Assembly (NCBI GenBank): GCA_017470645.1
Contig: JAFUYJ010000001.1
Location: 100,190 to 164,189, forward strand
Direction: 5' to 3'
Source of the DNA: Clostridia bacterium
GTDB lineage: Bacteria; Bacillota; Clostridia; TANB77; CAG-508
Length of the DNA stretch: 64,000 nt
Position 1 is the stretch's first letter; each line of letters starts with the position of its first letter. The translations under genes and the position numbers were made by a program. Below are positions 43,843-53,915 of the stretch, piece by piece. The notes beneath the pieces were generated by a model, which was not told where the DNA came from, did no database searches, and saw only the letters and a list, made by a program, of their open reading frames with translations.

Positions 43843-45642
43843 ATGTTTGATATAGAAGCGGAACTAAAAAAATTGCCAGCCAAACCAGGCGTATATATTA
43901 TGCATGATAAAAATGATAAAATAATTTATGTTGGAAAAGCAATCTCTTTAAAGAACAGGGTTAGGCAATATTTTAGAAAAAATAATAAAACGAAAAGAAT
44001 AGAAAATATGGTTTCGTTAATTGACCATTTTGAATATATAGTAACAGATAATGAGGCAGAGGCTTTAATATTAGAGTGTAATCTAATAAAAAAGAATATG
44101 CCTAAATTTAACGTGCTTTTAAAAGATGATAAAACATATCCGTATATAAAAGTAAATGTTAAAGCGGATTATCCAGATGTTTATGTTACAAGAAGAATTT
44201 TAAATGATGGCGCTAAATATTTTGGACCATATGCTAATAGTGGTGCTGCAAAAGAAATGGTAGATTTCATCAAAGAAAAGTTCAAAATTAGACAGTGTAG
44301 AAGTTTTAAGTATAAGGATAGACCATGTTTAAATTATCAAATAAAGAAGTGCTTTGCACCATGTATGGGATATATTAGTAAAGAAGATTATAGAAAGCAA
44401 ATTGATGAAATTATTAGTATTTTAGAAGGAAAAATAGATAAATTAGTAAAAGATTTAGAAGCGGAAATGAAGGAAGCATCTAACAAGATGGATTTTGAAA
44501 AAGCAGCATATATTAGGGATAAAATACTTGCTGTTCAAAGAATTTCAGCAAAACAAAAAGTATCAAATATCAATGAAAATGATATAGATGTTATTGGTAT
44601 TGCAAGAAATGATTTTGAAATTTGTATTGAAGTGTTTTTTGTTAGAAATAGTAAGATGATTGGAAGGGAGCATTATTTTTATAAAGAGCTACTAGATGAA
44701 TCAAATGCAGATATAATTTTAGATTTTATAAAGCAATATTACATTGGTAGAGATATTTTACCAAGCAAGATTATGTGTAAGTATGATATTGAGGATAAAG
44801 AAGTAATAGAGTTACTATTAACTCAACAAGCTGATAAAAAAGTAGAAATAAAAACACCGCAAAAAGGTGAAAAACTACGTTTGGTTGAAATGGCTGAAAA
44901 CAATGCAAAAATAACGTTAGATAATAAAGAGCTAGATAGTTATAGTGTTGTTAATGAAATAAAAGAAGTGCTTGGATTAGAAAAGGTTCCAAGAAAAATT
45001 GAAACATTTGATATTTCCAATATTTCAGGTGAGTTTATGGTTGCCGGAATGAGTGTAATGTTAGATGGAATTATACGTAAGAAGATGGCTAGACGTTTTA
45101 AAATAAAAACTGTTTTTGGACAAGATGACCCAAGATGTATGAATGAAGTTATTACAAGAAGATTAAAACATTCTATTGAAAACCCTGAAGGCGGATTTGG
45201 AAAACTACCAGATTTAATATTTGTTGATGGTGGTATTACTCAAATTCATGCAGCTCAACAGGCGGTAAGTTCGTTAGGTTTAAGCAATGAAATATTAGTG
45301 TATGGAATGGTAAAAAATGATAAACATCAAACTAGAGCTTTAATTAATGATCAAAAACATGAGTATGAGATTTCAGATAAATTAAAAAATACAATTACAT
45401 TATTCCAAGACTCAGTTCATGATACAGCGATTGGATATCATAGAAAATTGAGGGATGCGGCTATTACTAAGTCTGCATTAGATGATATAAAAGGCGTTGG
45501 TACGGCGAAAAAAGCAATGCTTTTGAAAAAGTTTGGTAGTGTTGAAAATATTGCAAAGGCTGATGTAATTGAAATTGCAAAAATTAAAGGAATAAATGAA
45601 AAATTAGCTTTAGAAATAAAAAGTAAGTTAAATAAATTATAA
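43843..45642 (+). CDS. uvrC: Excinuclease ABC subunit C
   Basis: GIY-YIG (PGVYIMHDKNDKIIYVGKA), UVR domain, RNase H-like endonuclease domain and C-terminal HhH. 599 aa. Confidence 0.95.
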   Translation: MFDIEAELKKLPAKPGVYIMHDKNDKIIYVGKAISLKNRVRQYFRKNNKTKRIENMVSLIDHFEYIVTDNEAEALILECNLIKKNMPKFNVLLKDDKTYPYIKVNVKADYPDVYVTRRILNDGAKYFGPYANSGAAKEMVDFIKEKFKIRQCRSFKYKDRPCLNYQIKKCFAPCMGYISKEDYRKQIDEIISILEGKIDKLVKDLEAEMKEASNKMDFEKAAYIRDKILAVQRISAKQKVSNINENDIDVIGIARNDFEICIEVFFVRNSKMIGREHYFYKELLDESNADIILDFIKQYYIGRDILPSKIMCKYDIEDKEVIELLLTQQADKKVEIKTPQKGEKLRLVEMAENNAKITLDNKELDSYSVVNEIKEVLGLEKVPRKIETFDISNISGEFMVAGMSVMLDGIIRKKMARRFKIKTVFGQDDPRCMNEVITRRLKHSIENPEGGFGKLPDLIFVDGGITQIHAAQQAVSSLGLSNEILVYGMVKNDKHQTRALINDQKHEYEISDKLKNTITLFQDSVHDTAIGYHRKLRDAAITKSALDDIKGVGTAKKAMLLKKFGSVENIAKADVIEIAKIKGINEKLALEIKSKLNKL

Positions 45643-45689
45643 TTCAAAATCTAGTCAAGAGTAATTAAATTGAAAGAAAATAAAAATTG

Positions 45690-45716
45690 AAAAGAGCTTC
45701 ATATGAAGCTCTTTTT
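45690..45716. terminator. Bidirectional terminator between uvrC and cassette (f)
   Basis: aaaagagcttc-ata-gaagctcttttt. Confidence 0.8.
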
Positions 45717-45724
45717 CTGGTAGG

Positions 45725-45961
45725 TTATGGGAATATTCGTGCAATACGTGATGTTGTAAAGTAGACTATTCCCAAATGTGTCATTGGCAGAAGTGTCTCG
45801 GGGTCAATTAAGTACCCCTTTACAGTCATACTACTGCCAACAGAGATATTTGAAATCTCTGTAACGATTAATTCTTTCGGACCTCCTGTTACCTGGAGAG
45901 TTTCGGATGGAAAATCAACGGTGAATGTAATACTTTTTCCAGTTTCAGTTAAAACGGTCAT
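45725..45961 (-). CDS. Hypothetical 78-aa protein, G+C-richer cassette (f)
   Basis: MTVLTETGKSITFTVDFPSETLQVTGGPKEL... follows an AAGGAGG RBS and a TTGAAT-17-TGaTATACT promoter (45993-46021). I recognise no family. Confidence 0.5.
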   Translation of the reverse strand: MTVLTETGKSITFTVDFPSETLQVTGGPKELIVTEISNISVGSSMTVKGYLIDPETLLPMTHLGIVYFTTSRIARIFP

Positions 45962-46174
45962 AAAGAAACCTCCTTATAAAAATGTTGCATATAGTATATC
46001 ATATTATGTAAAATAATTCAAATATATCTAGCAATAAATAAGGAAATATGTTATAATTTATAATATCTTATACAAAATACGCTTTTTTTATAAAAATAAC
46101 AAAACTAAAAGTTTTCATAAATCTCAATAAGCCAGCATATAATCATAACAGCAGGATTTTTGAGGAGGATTATT

Positions 46175-46387
46175 ATGGGATATACAAAAGATGTTTTTTT
46201 AAAGTTACATTATAAAAAAAGTTGCGTAGATAGCGGAACTTACTGTAGAAATAGTAAAATAAATAAATTGAAAAAGAAAATGGAAGAAGATCAGTATTTT
46301 ACAGTAGTTATGATTATAAGTGTAATAGTGTTATTTATAGATTTTGTATTAGTAAAACAATTTATAGATGCAATAAATTTATTATAA
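46175..46387 (+). CDS. Small membrane protein, function unknown
   Basis: MGYTKDVFLKL... follows a GAGGAGG RBS and has one C-terminal TM helix. Confidence 0.4.
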   Translation: MGYTKDVFLKLHYKKSCVDSGTYCRNSKINKLKKKMEEDQYFTVVMIISVIVLFIDFVLVKQFIDAINLL

Positions 46388-46404
46388 AGGAATGATTAAA
46401 TAAA

Positions 46405-47265
46405 ATGAAAGTAGCAGAAAATTGGAAAGAATATGAAATAATTGATATGGCAAATGGAGAAAAATTAGAGAGATGGAAGGATGTTGTTTTAGTGCGTCCA
46501 GATCCACAAATTATATGGAAGGACAAGTCTTTTCCAGAAAAGTGGAAGAAGATTAATGCTAGATATAACCGTAGCAATACAGGTGGAGGAGCATGGGAGT
46601 ATAATAAAAAAATGCCATCATCTTGGGAAATTAAATATAAAAATCTTACATTTAATATAAAACCAATGGGATTTAAACATACAGGATTATTTCCAGAACA
46701 AGCTGTTAACTGGGATTGGATGATGGATAAAATAAAAAATGCTAAAAGAGAAATAAAAGTATTAAACCTATTTGCATACACAGGAGGAGCAACCGTTGCA
46801 TGCCTTTCAGCAGGAGCGTCAGTTTGCCATGTAGACAGTTCAAAAGGGATGGTTTCATGGGCTAAAGAAAATGTTATATCATCAGGCTTACAAGAAAGAC
46901 CTGTAAGATATATAATTGATGATGTTGTAAAATTTGTGAACAGAGAAATACGTCGTGGAAACAAATATGACGCAATTATAATGGATCCACCATCATATGG
47001 AAGAGGAGCAAACGGAGAAGTTTGGAAATTTGAAGAAAACATCTATGATTTAGTAGAATTATGTACTAAAGTGTTATCAGATGATCCACTATTCTTCTTA
47101 ATAAACTCTTATACAACGGGTATATCAAGCACTGTTTTAGAAAACATATTAAAACTTAACATTAAGAATAAAGGAAATTTCAGCAATGGAGAAATTGGTC
47201 TACCAATGACAAATTCAAAACTAATTTTACCATGTGGAATCTATGGAAGATGGGAAAAAGTTTAA
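46405..47265 (+). CDS. Class I SAM-dependent methyltransferase (RlmI/COG1092-like catalytic domain)
   Basis: VLNLFAYTGGATVA (SAM motif I) and IIMDPPSYGRG (motif IV). Confidence 0.7.
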   Translation: MKVAENWKEYEIIDMANGEKLERWKDVVLVRPDPQIIWKDKSFPEKWKKINARYNRSNTGGGAWEYNKKMPSSWEIKYKNLTFNIKPMGFKHTGLFPEQAVNWDWMMDKIKNAKREIKVLNLFAYTGGATVACLSAGASVCHVDSSKGMVSWAKENVISSGLQERPVRYIIDDVVKFVNREIRRGNKYDAIIMDPPSYGRGANGEVWKFEENIYDLVELCTKVLSDDPLFFLINSYTTGISSTVLENILKLNIKNKGNFSNGEIGLPMTNSKLILPCGIYGRWEKV

Positions 47266-47311
47266 TTTTTAAAATCAGGTACGGATATTGATAAAAGAAG
47301 GGAACAATTAA

Positions 47312-47998
47312 ATGGAGAAGTTAAATGTATTGTATGAAGATAATCATGTTATTGTTGTTCAAAAAATAGTAAATGTTCCATCACAAGGAGATAAAACTGG
47401 AGATGTGGATATGCTTTCAATAATAAAGGATTATCTAAAGGAAAAATATAATAAACCTGGAAATGTATATTTAGGCTTAGTGCATAGGCTAGACAGACCA
47501 GTTGGTGGAGTCATGGTCTTTGCAAAAACTTCTAAAGCTGCAGCAAGATTAAGCGAACAGGTAAGAGTTAAAGAATTCGAAAAGAAATATCTTGTAGTGG
47601 TAAATGGAAAAATAGAACCTAAAAAGGGGCAGTTTGAAGACTACTTGCTAAAGAATGAAAAGAAGAATATGAGCAGGGTTGTGCCAGAAGGAACCAAAAA
47701 CTCTAAGTATGCAAATCTTGAGTATGAGGTTCTAAAGTATAATGAAGAAATAAACTTATCAGTTGTAAAAGTTCATCTTCATACTGGAAGACATCATCAA
47801 ATTAGAGTTCAATTTTCTTCAAGAGATCACAGTATATATGGTGATCAAAAGTATGGAGGAAGAGGTCATGGTAAGCAAATTGCTTTATGGGCATATAGTT
47901 TAAGTTTTGTGCATCCTGTTACAAAGGAAAGAAGGGAATTTAAAGCTCTACCTGAAATGGTTGGAAGTTGGAAAATATTAGAAGATGTAGAAATATAG
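47312..47998 (+). CDS. RluA-family pseudouridine synthase
   Basis: LVHRLDRPVGGVMVFAKT contains the catalytic Asp motif, with HTGRHHQIRVQF downstream. Confidence 0.85.
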   Translation: MEKLNVLYEDNHVIVVQKIVNVPSQGDKTGDVDMLSIIKDYLKEKYNKPGNVYLGLVHRLDRPVGGVMVFAKTSKAAARLSEQVRVKEFEKKYLVVVNGKIEPKKGQFEDYLLKNEKKNMSRVVPEGTKNSKYANLEYEVLKYNEEINLSVVKVHLHTGRHHQIRVQFSSRDHSIYGDQKYGGRGHGKQIALWAYSLSFVHPVTKERREFKALPEMVGSWKILEDVEI

Positions 47999-48080
47999 AA
48001 AACGAAAATTATGTCGCAACTTGACGAACGAAAAATGTTGAAAAATATTGATATATAAAGTATAATAGGCGTTGTTAGCT

Positions 48081-48110
48081 AATAGGCTAATTTGCCTATT
48101 TTATTTTTTT
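48081..48110 (+). terminator. Intrinsic terminator after the pseudouridine synthase gene
   Basis: aataggc-taattt-gcctatt followed by a T-run. Confidence 0.55.
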
Positions 48111-48162
48111 ATTAAAGATGATGCAATAAATGTAGTAAAAAAATATTGGAATAAAAGTAATA

Positions 48163-48209
48163 AAAAATGGAATGAAAATGTATTTGAAAAATTTTCATTC
48201 CATTTTTTT
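48163..48209 (+). terminator. Second hairpin plus T-run upstream of agrB
   Basis: tggaatgaaaat-gtatttgaaaa-attttcattcca forms a 12-bp stem followed by ttttttt. Confidence 0.55.
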
Positions 48210-48286
48210 GCACATATGAGTAACAAATAAAATACTAAAATTATAAAGGTATATCATTGCTTTAGAAAATAATGAGGTGAGCAAAA

Positions 48287-48917
48287 ATGATAGATAGATT
48301 TTGTGAGTACCTAACAAGTAAAATAAGAAAAGAAAATCCTGAAATAGATGATGAAAGAGCGGAAGTTATAAAGTATGGTTTGCAAATTATGGTTGGGGAA
48401 ATTCCAAAGGTGTTCATAATGGCATTAATTGCATGGGCTTTAGGAATTTTGAACTGGACGCTTGCATGTTTTGTTTTAATGCTGCCATACAGAATGTACT
48501 CAGGACGGATTTCATTTAAAAACTCATATAGGATGCATAATAGGTACGTCAATAATGTATACAGGAAATGCGTTTATAAGTCAGCAGTTTGAATTACCTT
48601 TGTTATATAAAGTTATTTTTGCAATTACATTATTTATTTTTTCTATATCAATGATTTATTTATATGCACCAGCGGATACGGAAGATGTACCAGTTGTTTC
48701 AAAAAAAGAAAGAAAAAAGAGAAAAATAATTTCATATATTATAGTTACTGTAATGCTGATTGCTGCTGTGTTTATAAAGAATAATATTGTTTCAAATATT
48801 TTGTTAGTTGGTATATTGTTGCAAACAATATCAATTACTAGATTTGCCTATAAGATAACTAATAATAAGTATGGGTATGAGGAGTATTGGAAAAATAAAA
48901 ATATGGCAACTAATTAG
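48287..48917 (+). CDS. agrB: AgrB-family autoinducing-peptide processing protease, reading frame broken once (+1) at CGG
   Basis: ORF1 ends ...MLPYRMYSG-R. ORF2, read back to 48507, gives GFHLKTHIGCIIGTSIMYTGNAF..., which contains the conserved AgrB His/Cys catalytic segment. The 0-frame reads GGA CGG ATT, and skipping C 48506 gives YSGGFHLKTHIGC. Confidence 0.8.
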
Positions 48918-49009
48918 AATGTTGAATAAATTGCTTTGATTAATTAAAACATCATATACCGGTGATGATGTTTAGTTAAATAAATTTTTATAAATGGGGA
49001 GGAATTCTT

Positions 49010-49129
49010 ATGTTAAAATTTATATCTAAATTAGCTGAAAAATATGCTAGATCTACAAATAGTGCATGTATATTTTGGTCATTATTACATCAACCAAAAA
49101 TGCCTGCAAGTATGATTAAAGAAGATTAA
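49010..49129 (+). CDS. agrD: AgrD-like autoinducing peptide precursor (39 aa)
   Basis: MLKFISKLAEKYARSTNSACIFWSLLHQPKMPASMIKED has an amphipathic leader, a Cys-containing core (SACIFW) and a QPKxP-type recognition tail as in clostridial AgrD. A GGGGAGG RBS lies upstream, and the gene directly follows agrB. It is below the ORF-track length cutoff. Confidence 0.7.
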   Translation: MLKFISKLAEKYARSTNSACIFWSLLHQPKMPASMIKED

Positions 49130-49132
49130 TAT

Positions 49133-49168
49133 AAAAAATACTCTAGCTTTTATAACTAGAGTATTTTT
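49133..49168. terminator. Bidirectional terminator between agrD and the kinase gene
   Basis: aaaaaatactctag-cttttataa-ctagagtattttt. Confidence 0.8.
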
Positions 49169-49172
49169 AGTT

Positions 49173-50531
49173 TTATCTATAGTAGATTGCTAATTCCTGT
49201 CTGAAATATTCATCATCTTTACTAGTATCAAGTAATACGTTATTATGTTTTTTAACCATTTTTGCTACTTGCCATAAACCTATTCCATGGTTTTCTTTGT
49301 CATTTGTTTTTGAAGTATAACCTTTTTCTGATAATCTACTTATATCAATATCTTTATTCAAATATGTATTTTCAATAGTTAAAATTTGACATCTTCTTGG
49401 CTTAATATCTCTAATTTCAATTTTTATATTTTTCTTTTCACATTGACTAGCTGCTTCAATAGCATTGTCCAATAAAATTCCTAAAATTCTTGAAAAATCA
49501 TAAACATCCATTTTCAAATTATTTAAATTAATGAAAACTTGTAAATCAATATCAATTCCTAATTCATCAGCTTTGTAGTATTTAGTTGCTAAAATGTTAT
49601 ATATAGCAGCATTATTTATTACTTCTGGATTAAGGGTTGATAAGTTGTTATTAATATGACATTCATCAAGGATTTTGTCATAATAGTTTTCTAAACCAGT
49701 CATATCTTTTGCATAGATATATCCACCAAATGCTGTTATTATATTTGAAAAGTCATGTTTAAAAGCTCTAATATTGTTGTAAAGTAATTCTAATGTTTTG
49801 TTTTGAAGTTGAGATTGTTCCAAGTTTGTTTTTGTAACTTCTAAATTTATAGTTTTGATTATACTATAAATACTTACAGCAGAATACGTTAATAAAAATA
49901 CCAAGCTAATGATGGTGATTGCTATAGGTAACGTAGAGTTATAAAAAACAATTAAATAAAATTGTAGTCCAATACAAATTATAATAAGAATCATGTTAAT
50001 AATAAGTAGTCTTTTATATGTTTTATTCAGACTTTCAAAAGAATTTAAATTAAGTTTCACAAATTTGACAATTTTTGAAAGGATGAATAAGGTTAGGTAT
50101 ATGAACAGCATAAAAGGCACCCTGTATATTATTATGTTTGAACATGCTTCAAAGTCGATTCCAAACAAGTTGAGACATATTTTTAAATAGATTGTTTCAA
50201 ATAAAGTCATTACTACCATTGGAATTATTTCAGCTAAGATGGCTTTTATAGGTGTTGTTTTAAAGACTAGTTTTACTACACATGGAATTATAATTAAGTT
50301 AATAAATATTGAAAACTGTTTTGGTATTAATATAGTAAAAGCAATAAACAAGAAGCTCATAACTACAACATAGATATTCCTTTGTTTCTTTGTATAATTA
50401 ATATCTAAAATACTAGTAAACAATTTCATTGTTACATATATTTCAACAAAAGTTAAAGTTAAAATTACGTATTTTATTAAATTCTCATCTTCCGTACTAA
50501 CAATATTCCACAAATTGTGCAATAGTTCCAT
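49173..50531 (-). CDS. AgrC/HPK10-type sensor histidine kinase
   Basis: A polytopic N-terminal half (6-7 TM) is followed by a C-terminal GHKL ATPase (LLDNAIEA, NHGIGL). It is translationally coupled to the LytTR regulator upstream. Confidence 0.8.
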   Translation of the reverse strand: MELLHNLWNIVSTEDENLIKYVILTLTFVEIYVTMKLFTSILDINYTKKQRNIYVVVMSFLFIAFTILIPKQFSIFINLIIIPCVVKLVFKTTPIKAILAEIIPMVVMTLFETIYLKICLNLFGIDFEACSNIIIYRVPFMLFIYLTLFILSKIVKFVKLNLNSFESLNKTYKRLLIINMILIIICIGLQFYLIVFYNSTLPIAITIISLVFLLTYSAVSIYSIIKTINLEVTKTNLEQSQLQNKTLELLYNNIRAFKHDFSNIITAFGGYIYAKDMTGLENYYDKILDECHINNNLSTLNPEVINNAAIYNILATKYYKADELGIDIDLQVFINLNNLKMDVYDFSRILGILLDNAIEAASQCEKKNIKIEIRDIKPRRCQILTIENTYLNKDIDISRLSEKGYTSKTNDKENHGIGLWQVAKMVKKHNNVLLDTSKDDEYFRQELAIYYR

Positions 50532-50538
50532 AAAAAAT

Positions 50539-51231
50539 CTAACCTCCTAAAAATAATTTTTCATATTTCGGTCCAATTTGGCATTGGATTTTATCTTCGT
50601 CTCTAAAAACAATTGTGTTATTTGATTGAATACGCGTAATTTTGTTACGGTTAACAACAAAAGACTTATGACATCTAACAAAATTATCAGGTAATCTATT
50701 TAAAATGTTAGAAAAAGATGAAGTCAATGTAAAATCTCCATTAGATGTTTTTAATATAGCTTTCTTACCTTGCTTTTGAATAAAGAATATATCATCACAA
50801 TTCACATAGCCACTTTGATTATTAACCTTAAAAAAAGTATAACTACTTCCAGAAATGTCTTCGAATAATCTCTTTACAGTCTCTTCTAATCTTTGAGCAG
50901 TAATTGGTTTGGCTAAAAAATCAAAAGTCTTATATTTATATGCAACCATCAAATATTCCAAATGAGCAGTTGAAAATATAATATAAGCCTTTTTGTTCCT
51001 TTTTCTTATGATATTAGCTATGTCCATTCCAGATATATCAGATTTTAAATCTATATCTAAAATAACAACATCGAACGGATGAAATTCGATATACTTAAGT
51101 AAATTATCTGGATTAGCCGTCGAATAAACAACTTGTCCAGATAATTGATTATTAATCAAAATTGATTCTAACATTTTTTCTAATCTGTTTAATATACTTT
51201 GGTTGTCATCACACAATACAAAATTCAACAT
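50539..51231 (-). CDS. LytTR-family response regulator (AgrA-like)
   Basis: A receiver domain (FVLCDDN...VILDIDL) is followed by a C-terminal LytTR DNA-binding domain (FVRCHKSFVVN). The start MLNFVL follows a GGAG RBS. The longer track ORF is an upstream extension. Confidence 0.85.
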   Translation of the reverse strand: MLNFVLCDDNQSILNRLEKMLESILINNQLSGQVVYSTANPDNLLKYIEFHPFDVVILDIDLKSDISGMDIANIIRKRNKKAYIIFSTAHLEYLMVAYKYKTFDFLAKPITAQRLEETVKRLFEDISGSSYTFFKVNNQSGYVNCDDIFFIQKQGKKAILKTSNGDFTLTSSFSNILNRLPDNFVRCHKSFVVNRNKITRIQSNNTIVFRDEDKIQCQIGPKYEKLFLGG

Positions 51232-51542
51232 ATTATCAACTCCTGTAATATATAAAAACAAAGTGTAAAAATAATCCAAAGCAGTAAACATAAATCACAC
51301 TTTTCTTTAGTTTTTCATTATTACAAATATACCGCAAAATTCGACAAAAGTCAAGAATAAAAACGCTTGAAAGTATTGAAATATATAGGGTTTTGTAAAT
51401 ATTAATTTATAAGTCAATATAAATGAAAGTGTTATATTCGAAATGAAAATAATATAATGAAAATAACAGAAATAATGAACCGAAAATTAACATATAATTA
51501 ATCAATAATTAATATATTTAAAAAAGTAGGAGGGGTTAATTA

Positions 51543-52367
51543 ATGAAAATAAATAGAAAATTTTTATTGGGTATATTTTCGTGCATTTTTATATTTGTTT
51601 TTGGGGTATCTATTATTAACTCTAATGATAATAATTTGAAAAAAAGTATTTTATCTACCAATGCAAATGGAGAATTAAGTAATAAAAAAATATGCTGGGG
51701 AATAAAAAGGGAGACTAACCATAAACAACCTGATGTGGGAAAAAACAATAAAAATATATTAGATCAATATAATGGGATTTGTTTAGGAAATAGTGAAAGT
51801 AAGAAAGTGTATTTAACTTTTGATGCAGGATATGAAGCAGGATATATGGAAAAGATTTTGGAAGTACTAAAGCAAAATGATGTGAAAGCATGTTTTTTTA
51901 TAACTGCTCATTATTTGAATACACATCCAGAGCTTGTTCAAAGAATGATTGATGATGGACATATTGTGGGCAACCATACAGTTAATCATAAAAGCATGCC
52001 TGAAATAGATAATGAAACAATAAAGACAGAAGTAATGGATTTACATTCAGCTGTCTATGACAAATTTGGCTATGAGATGAAATATATAAGGCCACCAAAA
52101 GGAGAATTTAGTGAAAGAACATTGGATTACACAAACTCCTTAGGATACAAAACAGTAATGTGGAGTTTGGCATATGATGATTGGGATGAGTCTAAGCAGG
52201 GAAGAGAAGCATATGGTAAAAGTAAGGTATTAGATAATATTCATAATGGAGCAATAATTTTGTTACATTCTAATTCAAAGGATAATAGCAACATTTTAAA
52301 TGAAGTTATTAAAGAAGTTAGAAATATGGGATATGAGTTTGATTCGTTAGATAATTTTGAGGTGTGA
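51543..52367 (+). CDS. Polysaccharide deacetylase, PdaA-like (spore cortex delta-lactam type)
   Basis: Signal anchor, then VYLTFDAGYE...CFFITAHY...GNHTVNH, the NodB motifs. Confidence 0.75.
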   Translation: MKINRKFLLGIFSCIFIFVFGVSIINSNDNNLKKSILSTNANGELSNKKICWGIKRETNHKQPDVGKNNKNILDQYNGICLGNSESKKVYLTFDAGYEAGYMEKILEVLKQNDVKACFFITAHYLNTHPELVQRMIDDGHIVGNHTVNHKSMPEIDNETIKTEVMDLHSAVYDKFGYEMKYIRPPKGEFSERTLDYTNSLGYKTVMWSLAYDDWDESKQGREAYGKSKVLDNIHNGAIILLHSNSKDNSNILNEVIKEVRNMGYEFDSLDNFEV

Positions 52368-52418
52368 TGTTTTTGGGAACACTGACAAAAAACATCACAA
52401 AAGAGAGGAAAGAGTAAA

Positions 52419-52712
52419 ATGGCAAATAGAAGAAAGAAAAGCGTAAAAAGTAGAATAAGCAAAGTTTTAGAGGTTCCAGATGAAGTTGTTTTAGATGTAC
52501 CTAAGTTAACAATTTTGAAGTTTGAAGAGGTACTAATAGAAAACTATAAAGGAATTTTGGAGTACCAAGATTTCTTTGTGAGAATTAAAACTAATATAGG
52601 AATTATAAACATTAATGGCTTTAAGCTAACTTTAGAAGAAATGACAACAGATGATTTGATAGTTAAGGGACAGATTGAGAGTGTTGATTTTGAAAGCTTT
52701 GAGGAGGTTTAA
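52419..52712 (+). CDS. yqfC: Sporulation protein YqfC (YabP family)
   Basis: A 97-aa protein with LDVPKLTIL...IENYKGILEYQD...DLIVKGQI. It lies directly upstream of yqfD. Confidence 0.85.
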   Translation: MANRRKKSVKSRISKVLEVPDEVVLDVPKLTILKFEEVLIENYKGILEYQDFFVRIKTNIGIININGFKLTLEEMTTDDLIVKGQIESVDFESFEEV

Positions 52713-52714
52713 TT

Positions 52715-53894
52715 TTGTATATAAAAATTTTAATATACTATATATTAGGATACGTAAATATTGTAGTTGAAGGTTTCTTTATCGAAAAGTTTATGAATAA
52801 ATGCATCAGTAAAAGAATATTTTTTTGGAAAACAAACAGAAGTAAATCGACCGTACTTTCAGCCAATATAGGAGTTAGAGATTATAGAAAAGTAGTTAAA
52901 ATTGCAAAGCAATGTCAGTGTAGGATCAAGATAACTCAAAAAAAAGGACTACCATTTATATTAAATAAATATAGAAAAAGAAAAATATTTGCATTAGCGC
53001 TAGGTGTTATTATAGTGTGTATTATAACCGTTTCTAATTTTATTTGGAATATAGAAATTAGTCGGAGTGGATGAAACAAAACAAATTGAAATTTTACAAA
53101 TAATACAAAGTGAAGGTGTTGATATAGGAAAGTATAAAAATAAAATATACCTGCAAGCTATAATTAACAAAATAAGACTTGAAAGGGAAGATGTAGCATG
53201 GGTTGGTATGGAAATAAAGGGTACAAATCTTATAGTAAAAGTGGTAGAAGCGGATGCTAAACCGGAAATAATAAATGAAGAAGAATATTGCAATATAGTA
53301 GCAAACAAGGATGGTATAATAACAAAAGTTGAAGCTCAAAATGGAACACCTGCAGTAAGAGAAGGAGATACAATAAAAAAAGGAGATGTATTGATTCAAG
53401 GCTGGATTGAGGGAAAATATACAGATAATAGATTCGTTCATGCAGAAGGGCAAGTAACGGCCAAAGTCTGGTATTCAGAGAAAGAAAAAGTATACTATAA
53501 TCAATCTTATGAAAACCAAACTGGAAACAAGGAAAAGAAATATTCGTTAAATATTAATAATTTTAAAATAAATTTCTTCAAAACCCTTTCAAAATTTGAA
53601 AATTATGATACAATAAGTACGGTTAAGAAATTAAAGATAACTTCTAATTTCTATTTGCCATTAGAAATTGTAGTAAATGAAAATTTTGAAAAGCAGAAAA
53701 ATCAAGTAACATATGACAAAAATGAGGCGAAAGAGATTGGAATAAATAATCTAAAGAATAAGTTAGAAAGTCAGATTCCAAATAAGGAAAATATTTCTAA
53801 TATATATATAAACACAAAAGAAACCGACGAATACTTAGAAGTAGAAGTTATATATGAAGTTCTTGAAAATATAGGAACCAAAGTAAAATTATAG
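52715..53894 (+). CDS. yqfD: Sporulation protein YqfD, reading frame broken once (+1) at CGG
   Basis: ORF1 ends ...VSNFIWNIEIS-RSG*. ORF2 begins VDETKQIEILQII..EGVDIG...WVGMEIKGTNLIVKVVE. The 0-frame reads AGT CGG AGT GGA TGA. Skipping C 53063 gives WNIEISGVDETKQ, which parallels the B. subtilis YqfD segment WKIDVTGAKPE (recalled from memory). Confidence 0.8.
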
Positions 53895-53915
53895 TATTGA
53901 AAGGATTGATTTACG